64,000 nt of DNA from Glaucostegus cemiculus. Taxonomy: Eukaryota. Where the stretch lies: assembly GCA_976551045.1 (NCBI GenBank), contig CDPCPM010000056.1, positions 21,576,001 to 21,640,000 of the forward strand. Direction: 5' to 3'. Shown here piece after piece: positions 1 to 11,885 of the stretch. The translations under genes and the position numbers were made by a program. Every line of letters begins with the position of its first letter. The first letter of the stretch is position 1. Under the pieces are notes generated by a model. It was not told the origin of the DNA, ran no database searches, and worked only from the letters and a program-made list of their open reading frames with translations.

Positions 1-579
1 TACTATTATTATAGAGGATTTGATGATTGCATGATTTACTTCAGGAACGTAGCAGACACAGGCAATTTAACAGGCTGACCACCTACATTTCCCATTATTT
101 CCTCAACCATCTTCAAGTCTTTCCTAATTATCCCATCACAGACTATTATTAATTGTTGTTATAACTACAATAAGAGCTCTTATTTTGAAATCTCCTGTAC
201 AAGGCAGACAACTAATCCTGACTAGCCTGTTTCCTTTATTTCAGACATAACTTTGGAAAAGTAAAAAAAAATCAAAGGGGGTTGGAAATATTTCAGATAT
301 TTATCTCTGTTTATATTAGATTTATCCAAAGATTTCTCCGGCTGCAGAAACATTTATACAATGTACCCCCTCAAAGGATGATGAAGATATTTCACATTAC
401 ATTTTACATTTCTTATACCTCTGCTGCATTGTGTTTTGACCTTGTTTTTAATTGTTCTCCAAACTAGTGACTTTTTGTTTTAACTTTCTTGATTCCTAAA
501 GCATTCTGTAACCTCATTTTTGCCCATCTCTTTCCTGGGATCACATACATAATTTCACCATTCTTGGTAAATTACATAT

Positions 580-694
580 ATTATTTATATCCTGTGCGTT
601 GTCTGTACCTATGTGCTCGTGATGTTGCTGCAAGTTTTTCATTGTGTCTGTACCTCACTATACTTGTGCACGTGACAATAAACTTGACTTGACT
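580..694 (+). mobile_element. LINE 3' tail (Rex1/Babar-like)
   Basis: Ends in gtgacAATAAA followed by a short tandem tail cttgacttgact. Confidence 0.5.
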
Positions 695-963
695 AAATTT
701 AAATAAAAACTGGTAATAATTGTGTGAAGAGCTTACTATGCAGCACATCAAGCTCTTACTAATGCGCCTGCCTGACAGAAAGAAGATATCAAATTAAAGT
801 TACCATCCACCAATGTGAACGGGTTCTCTGTACAGCCTAAGAATTGTGCATTTTATCTCATTTTTTTCAATATATGTGATATCCTCCGCAGACTTAGCCA
901 CAGGGTGCCTCCTATAAACAACAGCAGCAACAACAAACTATCCAAATTTTATTAAAATATTGT

Positions 964-986
964 TATATATATATATATATATATAT
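964..986. repeat. (TA)n microsatellite
   Basis: Directly visible. Confidence 0.95.
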
Positions 987-3900
987 GCTATTATTTTATT
1001 TATAATTTATTCTTACTGAGTTTACAATAAAGTATGAAAGTAGTACCCTGTATAGTAGTATCATAAGCTACCATTGTTTACTTTTCTTCCCTCTTGTTCA
1101 TTGTTTAGCAAGATGTGTAACAGCAGAGATATTTATAGCAAAATTTAAAAATAAATGGTGTGAAATTGCTTGTTGCAAAGCCAAATTTGTAATGATGGCA
1201 TGTTACCTTTAACAAGCTTACAAAAAAAATTAATAACGCAAGATTTAAAGTAAGAGAAAATACAATATAAAAGTTTTTAAAAGAAGAGTTACAATACAAC
1301 ATTCCTAAAATACTCTGATGTGGTCCTTAATAGATGATGGGATACTAATAATTATGATCTATTTGTTCAAAATTACTGTCCAGCTGTTTCAGTTGAGTCA
1401 TTAACCAATATAAATGGCTTTACCCCCAATGCTAAAACAGTAGAAAGTAAATTCTAAACAAAATGTTGTGAGTTAGTGAGGTATTATTTCACAGCATAAT
1501 TATAGCACCTTTGATTGTGAGAAGAGATTTGCTGATATAAACATAAAGTCACTAATTCACTTCTGGTGGGAGATGTGTTCAAAAGCAATGCATCTCACTG
1601 AATTAAGGCTACGATGTTGTAGCCTCTTCTCCAACCCGAAATGTATTCAGATATGACTGTTAACTGTCAGGACTCAATTGCTGAATCAATCTGTGTTCTT
1701 GACGTTGAGAAAGGAGACTTTATTTGTGTGATGATGCTATCGTACATTTTCAAGTGAGTAAGTAATTATAAAAATGTACTATATGCATATTTTTGAAGAA
1801 TACTATTAAATTCAGAATGAAGTAACCATCAAGTTAACGTGTTGGAAAGAAATTAAAGATTCAAGAATGCACTTTAATGGAAAACTAAAGCCCATTAATG
1901 AGATTATGCAACACAATTTGAATATTTATCTCAAATGGTAAATAGCAAAGAAAGGACTTTAAATATTTGAACTACGATATCAATTAATGCATAAAAGCCT
2001 GATCTCCATTACTCTGGTCCCCAAACCTCCTATTACACCCAGATTCAACCATTTCCATTTGCCAACAGTTTTCTGAGCAAATGTCTTTCAAACCTCTTCA
2101 CATTCTAGTGTCACACTCACCCTTTCCTATATCCAGCTGCTAGTCTCCCATATAAATGAAATCAGTGTCACCACAAATTTCTGAAGGTGTATTGCCTGTG
2201 GAAACACCATCTACAACTGAGATATTTCCACGTACAATGAACAACAGATGGAATTTATGTTCTACTGTTTTAACTTTGATCATTACCTTTCCCCCATGCT
2301 ATGCATCAGTTATTTAGTCCAAAAGGCAGGTATGGAACTGACAGTTCCAGAGATACAGAAAGTGCATGTTAAAAACAGGAAGTGACTTCTTCATTGATGT
2401 TTCTCAACCTCACTCTCCGTTTCTATACACTAAACTATTTCTTTCCCCTTCAACAATTATCACCAAAAAAAACCACAAGATACATCAAATGTTCCCTCTG
2501 TATTTTCATTGATACCTTACATAAATCCATAGTAACAGAATAGCAAGCTGAACCCTGAAGTATCAAAAAGTTTCTTTATCATGCAAAATTCAAGCTTAAA
2601 AATTACCACCCTGAACTAAATTCTCACCTTTGTTATTCATACAGCCACCAGATGAGGTTCATATTGCATTGAAGAAAAAGTTATGAAAAGAAGCAAAGTG
2701 AAATCAAGTAGATGATGAAGGGTCTAAAGCCTTCAACAAAAATGAGAGATCGAAAAGGATTTCCGACAAGGTAAACAGCAAGATTCCAATATAAAACAAA
2801 CAGTACTACCCAAATCCCATGTGCTCACCAGGTTAGAAAAACACAGTCCCAAAATAGGTGATAATGCTCATCGCAAAAGCAGGCAAATCTGCCAAAAAAT
2901 CATCTATACACTCGCTCCATTTAAAAACAGTTCCTACATCAAGCTGCGTTGGGGTGTTTATTTTTCCTTCTTGAATTTATTTACTCATAGTTCCCCCATA
3001 TGCAAAAAATGTTCAAAAGATTTTCCTTTAAAGTAAAAACAAAGTTCCGAGGAGAAAAACACATGCGAGAGGGCCTTGCCGGTTACTCTGTGTGCTATAT
3101 GCAGCATATGCGTCGTGTTAGTCAATTGATACTTTGTTTTACAATAAAACCATTTTAAAAAATGACCAGATTACAGCTGCATTATGGTTTCCCTTTCCTT
3201 AGTCAATGGCTATAACCACAGAATGAACTCTGAGACCACCCTGATGAAACCAGATGATCGTGCTGGAAATAAAAATGCAGTTCCCCATCTTTTAACAGTG
3301 TCCCTCTGTCTCAGGGATAAGTGGTTTGGGGGGTAAGATGTATTTGGAGGGCACTTCAAATAATGTTTTGCTATTACATGAAGGAGAGAAAGGACCTGTA
3401 AGCACAACGAGAAAAGTCACCATCAAATAATTCCTGCTTTTAATATGATACCACAAATTGATGACATTTCACTCACAACCAACATTCCCTTCTTTAATGG
3501 GGATTGTCTTTGCAGGCAGTAGGGAACCTCACATAATGGACTATTTTGAAGTTGGATGGTATATATTATCAGGAAGTTTAGTCAGACAGCTGAGATCTCA
3601 TTGCATTCAAACCTTGGGCTTGTCCAACACCCAACAGCCTGTGCACTTTCAGGGATAGACAATGGGTGGTGCTTGGTCACATTCTAATAGGATGGGGATA
3701 GAACCTAGGTCTTTCAACTGCACTACTGATTGTCTTAGGCAGCTGAGCCATCGAAAGATCCAATGCATTTTTATTTTGCCTGAATTTAAAATGTGAAAAT
3801 GTGAAGTTGATTTAAAACCGTCTCCACAGCAAATCAATTCAAATCAGACTTGTGCAAGCACGTCCAACTGAATCCCAGTATATCTTCAGCCACCATCCTT

Positions 3901-5051
3901 CCCTAAGTAACAAAGTGCCAATTACAATATTTCTCCAGCACCTCTCAACCCACATGCTCTTCTGACTGACTGATCAGACTTGTCTGTGATGTTTGTGATG
4001 TCCCGTACAGTGGAATAGTCTTTCAAGATTCACTGGCTGAATTCATTTGTGAAAATGGCCACTTAGGTGCCTGCTGCAAGAAGAAGGATAGCCCAGTAAG
4101 CATCAGAACATTTGGTGGCTCGGCTCAGAAAACTGAGGAAAAAAAACGAGCAGCTCTGGGTTGGAATCACTCTTCCTAGAACAATAAATATCTTTTTTTT
4201 TGCGGTGCAGAGAACAGAAACACTTTCAAAATTGCTGGAATGCCAATAGATTATTCACTTAAATTCCCAGTCACAGGAAATAACATAGTTTTTAAGGACC
4301 AAAGTCTGATAAGGAATAAGGTAAAAATATTATTTAAAAAATTACCAATTTACAAATAAACTTTCCTTTTCATCTTTATGTTCTCTTTGCTTATGGTTGG
4401 CAAGTTAAACAAGGCCAGACAGATGAAAGGTTTCAGCATGAAGAAAATATTCTCAGCTAAGTTTATAGCTCCCTGAGTGATACAAAGATGACAATATGCA
4501 GGCTGCTCAAGCTGAGTAAATAGATAACTGAATGAGGCAGGCGAAGAATCTTTAGTCTTTCCTAGTAGCAGAAGCAAGAAAAAAAACTCTGGCAATAAAA
4601 AAAAACCCCAGAGCCTGAGTAGCTGCCTTTTGGATTTTTCTCGACAGCACGTTATAGATCAGACAGCAAATTGGAACTCGCAGCTAATTTACAGTGTCAG
4701 AAAGTAGCTGTAAACTGCACTTCAGTGATGGCAGTGCGTAAGGAGCCAGAATCTGCCTCTCAGCAAGGCGTCATGCTCTGCCAGTCAGTGACTGCCACTC
4801 CTGAGGTAGTCTGTTTAAGCATTAAGTCAGCTGTCAGGTCATCAGCTTGGATTCCAGAGGTGGGCTGACAAAAATCAATATGTCTCCACCAATTTTTCAT
4901 GGAATGAGGAGTGCATAAAATCTTTGTTTTGACAGGCCAATGGGGTAAAAAGCACTAGATCACCAATTATTTCTGGGTAAATAATGGCCAAAATTAGAGA
5001 GTTGCAGCAAGCATGCTATCAGGGACACAGAGAAGACTCTTTAGGCTACAA

Positions 5052-5052
5052 T

Positions 5053-5103
<51 letters not shown>
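5052..5103. repeat. (CT)n microsatellite
   Basis: Directly visible. Confidence 0.95.
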
Positions 5104-5107
<4 letters not shown>

Positions 5108-6724
5108 CTTATCTTTCTCACACTCTCTTGTCCTAATACTTTATGTCTCCTCTCACTTGCTGTTGTGAAAATACTCCTATAAACCTTCACTAATTACTTA
5201 GCATGGAACTTGTCTAAACATTACAATCTTTGCAGAACAGCAAAAACACCACAGTGTTACTTCAAAAGATACACAAGGTGAGGCAAAGAGATTTAAGTAT
5301 TTTCTCTTTTGATACTAATGAAAAAAGAGCTTTCCTCTTCACACACACTCAGAAATGCATGCGTGCATGCACACACGCACACAGGCAGACACACTTAGGC
5401 AGACACGCACAGACAAACAAGTAAGCAAAAGCAATAAGGTTCATTGTCCCCTTGGAAACTGGGCAGAAATTATCCTGGTTAAGTTCTTTCTAGTTCGGGG
5501 TACAGTGCAAATAATGCATCAGTGTTTCAGTTTTCTCTCGCCTCTTTTTGTCTTCATTTACCTTCCCCCACCCCAATTTCCTTTCCACCACCTTCCCCCA
5601 CCACTCCCCCATCCCCTCAGCTGTCCTCCTTTACCATTATTTACCAAAGAGACCCAATTTGTCATGTCATGTACAGATGTTGACCCTCCTGCCGTAACTG
5701 ATAGGGAAGAACCACTTTCTCTTCTTCATTTATTTGCTAGCTACACAAAGAGCGCACTAGTCCTGGGGAAATCTGACAATAGCACCACCAACGATCCTCA
5801 CTGCAGGTGTCACAGGACATTAACCCATGCTTAACTACAAGCTCCATAGAAACCTGGATAGGATTGCAATGGGAGCAGCCCTTAGAGCTTCAGAAAGGAT
5901 CTGAGACAGGGGTGGTCAGACATGTCATCTCACCAGATCTCCCAAAATGTTTTAGCTCAAGTAAGCAATATAAAACTATTTCAAACTAAATCCTTTCTTT
6001 CCCTCAGTCTTTAACAGCCATTTTCCATCCCTGGGTTCAGAAGCTTTTGATAAAAGGGTGGCGAGGGGCAAGGGGTGAGTTGGGGGGAAGAGGATGAGCC
6101 TGAGGGTGATGGGAAAGCAGAAATACATTGCTATGCAGGTTTGTTTTAAAAATAAGGATATGGAAAATCTAATTTTACTGAACTTTGTGTGATGGTGAAA
6201 TTGGACTGAGTAGCATCATATTTCTTCATGCTACATGATCCAACTTCAGTGAAAAGTGGACTGCATTTGAAAGTTACACAGTGATTTTCAAGCCAGGTTC
6301 GCATACAAAAACGCAGGCGCAAGGGGGACCCCAGGTGTGTGCAGTGGCATCACATGCCATGTGATGCACGCCCAGACAGCACTTCCAAACCTTGTATATG
6401 GACGCCCTAAACCATCCATGGACATTTGGTTAGGCGCAGGCTTTCACAGCACTTATTAGGCCTGCATTCACATGATTTCAACAAGCTGGTGACAGGAACT
6501 TGATTTAGACAGGTCCCTTTTGAGGTACTCGCTCGGCTCTCCTTTCGGACTACTCCACTTCCCTCCCACCTCACCCACAATGAGTGGCTACCCCACTGCC
6601 CTGCACGAGACCGTGGCCCTTGCCTGACACGCCCCCACCCACTGATCTGCCAGTCCAAGCAGAAACCCCCAATCGCCTCACCAGCCTCCTCAAAAGACAA
6701 CCACCTTCAATACAAAGGAGACAC

Positions 6725-6930
6725 ATAGACAGCAGATGCTGGGATCTGGAGTAACACACAAAGCACTGGAGGAACTCAACGGGTCAGGCAGCATTTATGG
6801 GGGGAAATGGACAGTCAATGTTTAGGGTTTGTCCAGATGAAGGTTCTTGACCTGAAATTCAACTGTTCATTTCCCTCCATAGATACTGCCTGACCCATTG
6901 AGTTCCTCCCGTGCTTTGTGTGTTGCACCA
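6725..6930. mobile_element. Palindromic short repeat, Penelope-like terminal-repeat derived
   Basis: Left arm aacacacaaagcactggaggaactcaacgggtcaggcagcat is the near reverse complement of right arm atactgcctgacccattgagttcctcccgtgctttgtgtgtt. Same family as the copies at 14.3, 20.4, 24.8, 25.6, 27.6 and 47.4 kb. Confidence 0.7.
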
Positions 6931-9900
6931 TGAATACAAATCTTTGATTGGCTCCTTTCTCATACACCCCTTTCCTCCCACTATAAAGCTCAATATTTGG
7001 AATTTCTTGTAGGTCCTTTTTATGATAATAAGCTACCCACCACACTAAGCCCACTCCCAAACTTTCTGCATAGTCCTTCCAGTTCACATTGCTACATTCA
7101 ACCGAATCCTCTCCCCAAACATCCACACTGCCCCCCACCTCAACACGACCCAATCACCCCACTCATATAATCACAGTCTCTCCCAATTCCTGTGCCTGAT
7201 TCAACCCCTGACACAAGCTCTGACCCTCCTTCCCCAGCCATGACCTCTGTCCACAACAACCATGCCCCCACCTCACCCCCACAACTTGCAAATAGTATTC
7301 ATGCATGTTTAATTGTGCAAAGCTTATTCCATCGTGTATGACTAAAACATTGCAACAAGAGGCGCATGGGAAATAATGCATTGACCTAACCACCAGTCTT
7401 CCTCCATGCCACTCAGCCAAATGCTGATTTAGTGCACTTTTTGATACATAGAAATGTTTTTTGGTCTTTTCTAGTATGGTGGAGGGAAAGAAAATTAGAC
7501 AGTGGGATTTAGATGTCTAACTACTCTGCCATCATCAGCAGATCTGAAAATAGTTAAGAGGTCACCTTGAGAAGAGCTGGTCATCATGCTAACTAAGAGG
7601 CTGAAGGAGGATGCTGAGGTGTAGACAGATAAAAGGATGGAGGAATTTCACAACAAATGCAAGGTGCTTGAATTCAATGCACTGGCAAGGAAAGGTGTGA
7701 TAGGATAGTTAGATGATAGGTAAGTGTGGCTTACAGCATTCTGACACTGTGCTATTGTGACACAGGGACAAAATGATTGTTGACTTTAACTGCTTTTCTC
7801 CTACAGTTTTCCAGTGTTAAACTTACATTACTTTCAAGGACTCAGCCCATACTGTATTCATGCTTCTAACATGAAAAAGGCAGAGAAATACTGGGACAAG
7901 ATCAAGATCCTAGTGGCTATACCTCATTGCCACAACTTGCCGAAAGCCCAGACAGTAAATAACACTCATACAAAAAGCAGAAGAAAATTCTTTACTATAA
8001 ATCATTTCTCTGTGAAATAATATTTGCTTTTCATAATGAGTCTCCTGTGGTACATTTTGGAGCTGACATCAGGCTTGTGATGCAGTGATCTGTAGCAGCG
8101 AGGAACACTTTGCTAAAATTGCCTCGCACTCAGTTATTTTTAATGCAGTTTATTCCAGTTTTGTCAGATAATTTATGATTTCCCCCCTCATTTTTGCTAT
8201 ATTGAAGTTGAACAAAAATTAAACAAAATTGCACAAGAAAACAATATCTGAGTAAGAAGAAACAAAAGATGAACAATAGATAATCTATTCATGGAGTCAA
8301 AATACCGTATTTGGAACATAAGCAAATTCAAATAATAATTTCCTTTAAAATTATTTATATTTAAAGTAAATGGAAAAAAACAACTTGCAGTCACAAAATA
8401 TTACATTGTTTCCTAACAAAACATAAATATTTGGTTAATAATGATTTCAAATTGTCACACTGAGAGGTAAAAGATTTTTTCATATTGGCTTTACAAATGG
8501 GTACATTTCCCATCCATACTAAGTAGCGGGAGGAAGAGAAAGAAGAATGTAAAAATGTATCTATTAAAGCCAATAGAATGAATTCTGGTGCCTTGTTGGA
8601 TTATGTTTTTATTAAAGTAATTCAAAAGCCTTTTCAAAGAAAAGCTTCTGCTCAGCACACCTCCAACATACTAGCGTTTACTGTGGGAAGAGTGTGCATT
8701 TAAATACTGTCATAGCTTGTTTGTGTCTCCTCGTCACAGAAGCATAATAAAGCTGTTGTAATATACTAGAACTTGTGTGGTCCTCAGTGTAATTTGCATA
8801 CTAATTACCAAGTGCAAATGAAGGGAAAGCTGTCTATCGACATACAGAGCTTGATCCCTCTAACAAGCTAATCTTGCATGTAGTTAACTTTGATATACAA
8901 CCTCTCATTAGTATTATAATAAAGTACATGAAACAGCCATAAAACGTTATATACTGCACAAGTGTTGTTTTCATACCAATTATCTCAAGGCATATTTATT
9001 ACTGAAGTGACTACATGCCCCCCTGTGTTGCTTTGGGGTTATGGGGAGGAGAGTGGGGGGAGAGTAGTGCAGGAAAGGGGAAGAGACTTGCAGCTTGTAG
9101 CCTGTCAAGTAGAACTCGTCAGAAGGAAAATTTGGAGTCAGATTTTATGGATTCCACTGATCTCAGCTGTCGCAATTGACGATGCACAGCGGGAGCACTC
9201 CTCTGCCTAACAATATAATGAAGGGTATGATATCAATTCTCCGATCAGCAGGGAGTGAATTCAAGTTACACAATCCTCTCTCTCGCTCACTCACTCACTG
9301 AATAGTTCATCGTTTACAAACTGCAGGCACATTTTCATGAAAATGAAAAGAAGCAAACACTACTTGCCCACTACTTAGAGAAAAGGTTTTAAATCCTTGT
9401 GGGTTCAATTGATCTTAAAACCATTCTAATATACAGCTTTCAAACAGAGGGATTAAAATGGATCAGAGTGCATATGTAGTCTCAGACTTGGGTGTGGAAC
9501 AATATTAGATCTTTTGTAACCGATTAAAAAAGACAATAGTGGGATTTCTAAGTCTCAACTCAATGTTGTATCAAAATGTTTTACTTATCTTCAGTGTATC
9601 CAAAACCACTTGGCAATTTTTTATTGCTAGTTATACATTACTCTTTCTTTTCTCTCTTCTTATTTATTTCCCAAATGTCACATGCTGCTCTTTAAATGAC
9701 AGAACAGTGAAGCATCCTGCTCCCATGACGCTGGTATTACCACTCTCTAATTTGCTGCTAGGAGGTGTACCAGAATTACCTAGGTTGACTTGTTAATGCT
9801 CCTAACACCTCTGTTTAACCCACTCCCTGACCCATTGGATTATATTATTAGGGTTCTACTTCACAGTGAATAAAAGGAAGTGAACAGTCATCAACAGAAT

Positions 9901-10710
9901 ACCAGTACCTGCACGACCTCCTAAGTTCTGAAAACATGTTGATTATGTTAAGAACAAGGGGCACATTTGGAGGCTTTTAAAGATGTATAGTGCACCTATC
10001 TAAATGCTGATTCAATTACTATAATCCTGTAACTGCAGACATAGGATAATGTAATTTCAATCAGGGTCCTATTACTTATTTCTTTAGTAATTACATGTTT
10101 TTCATTTTCACATGTGCACCCATAAACTAAAACAAAATGCTCATAATACTGACATTATGGAAGTTTTACCAGTGAACAGTCTGGTGAAAGTGAATTAAAG
10201 TAGGTAAATTGCTTTCACAGTTGTAGTGCATCTGACATGTTCAAGTAGTGTGTCCTATTGAATAAGGATCGGATTGTTCAAATTCCCTTAAAACCGAATC
10301 ACTTAAAATATAGTAAAGTGCTTGTGGCCCAATGCATGTTAATTGCAGCTGTTATTCTCAGTAATTAGGACAGCTCTTCCTTTTTCCAAACTGGGTCAAC
10401 AACAGCCTTTTAAATTAGAAAGAAATCAGAATTAAGATAGTGTCTCAAAAGTCAGATGTTTCCTGACCAAAAACATCCTCAATCATTTCCTGCTGGGTGA
10501 ATAACCTGTTCGTCACTAAACTTTGATCATTTCTCAGGGTCACGTTCCTGCTAGGACTTCCCTCTAAAACAGCTGCACCAAGTCACAACAAAATATCTAC
10601 TGTAAATATTAGAAAAGGTAAACCAGTTCATATTATCCCCCTCCATGTATTTCACTTTCTTTGTTTTATTCCTCTAATGGCGATTCCATGTCCTTACTCA
10701 TTTTCATTGT

Positions 10711-11260
10711 AGAAACACGAAGGAACCATTCAGCCCCTTGAGGTTGTTTTGTCAGTTGTTTAATCATGGCCAATCTGCGTAACAGCTCCATCTTCCTCTG
10801 ATCCATATCCTGTGATCCCCTCACATAGTAAAATTCCCTCAACTGTAGCCTTGATAATTTCAATTAAACCAGCACCCATCGCCTCTCGGGGAAGAAAAGT
10901 TCAACATTTCTACTATCGCTTGTGTGAAACTGTTTTTCTTGATTTCATTCCCGAAAGGTCCACTTCTAATTTAAAGATTGTACCCCTGTGCAAGGATATT
11001 CCTTCCAGAGGAAGTAGTTTATCTATCAAATCCCTCCACCACTTTAAATACCTCACTTTCGTAAGTTCATTTAAACCGGGTTTGTGCATCATAATATCAC
11101 CCCTTAGGTCTTAATATCACCCTGGGGAATCTCTGTTTTACTCTCCCCAACACCACATGACCTTAAGAAATGGAACAGGTCACCTGGCCACTTGAGCCTG
11201 ATCCTCCATTCTGTACCGTGGCTGATCTGTGTCCTAACTCCAAATCCCCTTGTTGAGTTA
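10711..11260 (-). mobile_element. Decayed CR1 LINE 3' fragments (probably two)
   Basis: Minus strand gives a decayed KNFFTQRVVxLWNSLP-like ORF2 C-terminal motif (~10885-10940) and two CR1-type 3' tails (starting near 10711 and 11165). Confidence 0.6.
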
Positions 11261-11549
11261 CAGTGCCCCGATGGGATCTACCAGAAGTAGAATTTGCTTG
11301 ACAACAACTGTATAAAGTTAGTGGCTCTCCATTTTTTACCTTCTCCTCTATGTTTGTATGGTTTCTGCTCCTTCTCCTTTTTAAATGGAGATGAGATGCT
11401 CCAAATATGAGAACCCATGAAAATGATGGGTATAGGAATTTTAATAACTTTACAACATGCGGGAGTGTGAGCATTCTGTGTTACTACTCTCATACCGTTT
11501 TCAATATATTATTAGCATTTTCAACATACCATTATTTATTTATCTCTTG

Positions 11550-11885
11550 CAACACAGGAGGCCATTCAGCCCGGCTGATCCATTCCATCTCCCAGCAGAG
11601 TAATCACATCTGTGCCATTCATTCTCTACTTGTTTCCCTTTAACTCTGCTACTTATGCTCTCACATGCTACTTTCTCTCTTCAAATAACTACACAAAAGG
11701 GTAACTTACGGAAACATATTAACCAACCAGTATGCCTTTGGGATGTGGGAGGAAACTGGACCACCTTGAGGAACCCCATATGGTTCTGGGAAGTACATGG
11801 AAACTCCATGCAGACAGTAGCCAAGGTCAGGATCGAACCTGGGTCCTGTGGAACAGTGAAGCTGCAGCACTTAATTGTTGCATTA
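11550..11885 (-). mobile_element. Old tRNA-derived V-SINE (HE1-like)
   Basis: V-domain tgtgggaggaaactggaccacc and a B-box (plus ggatcgaacc = GGTTCGATCC on minus), with a CR1-like tail. Confidence 0.75.

Noticed and set aside
3241-3270. Perfect CTGATGA followed by GAAA (possible hammerhead)
   Set aside because: No properly registered stem II and no stem I/III or cleavage triplet; likely chance.
5355-5834. 159-aa ORF
   Set aside because: Built from CA-rich and C-rich low-complexity sequence, with no recognisable domain.
6280-7560. GC/C-rich segments flanking the 6.8-kb palindrome (similar-looking block at ~44040-44560)
   Set aside because: Probably old non-autonomous DNA-transposon debris, but I could not define termini or family.
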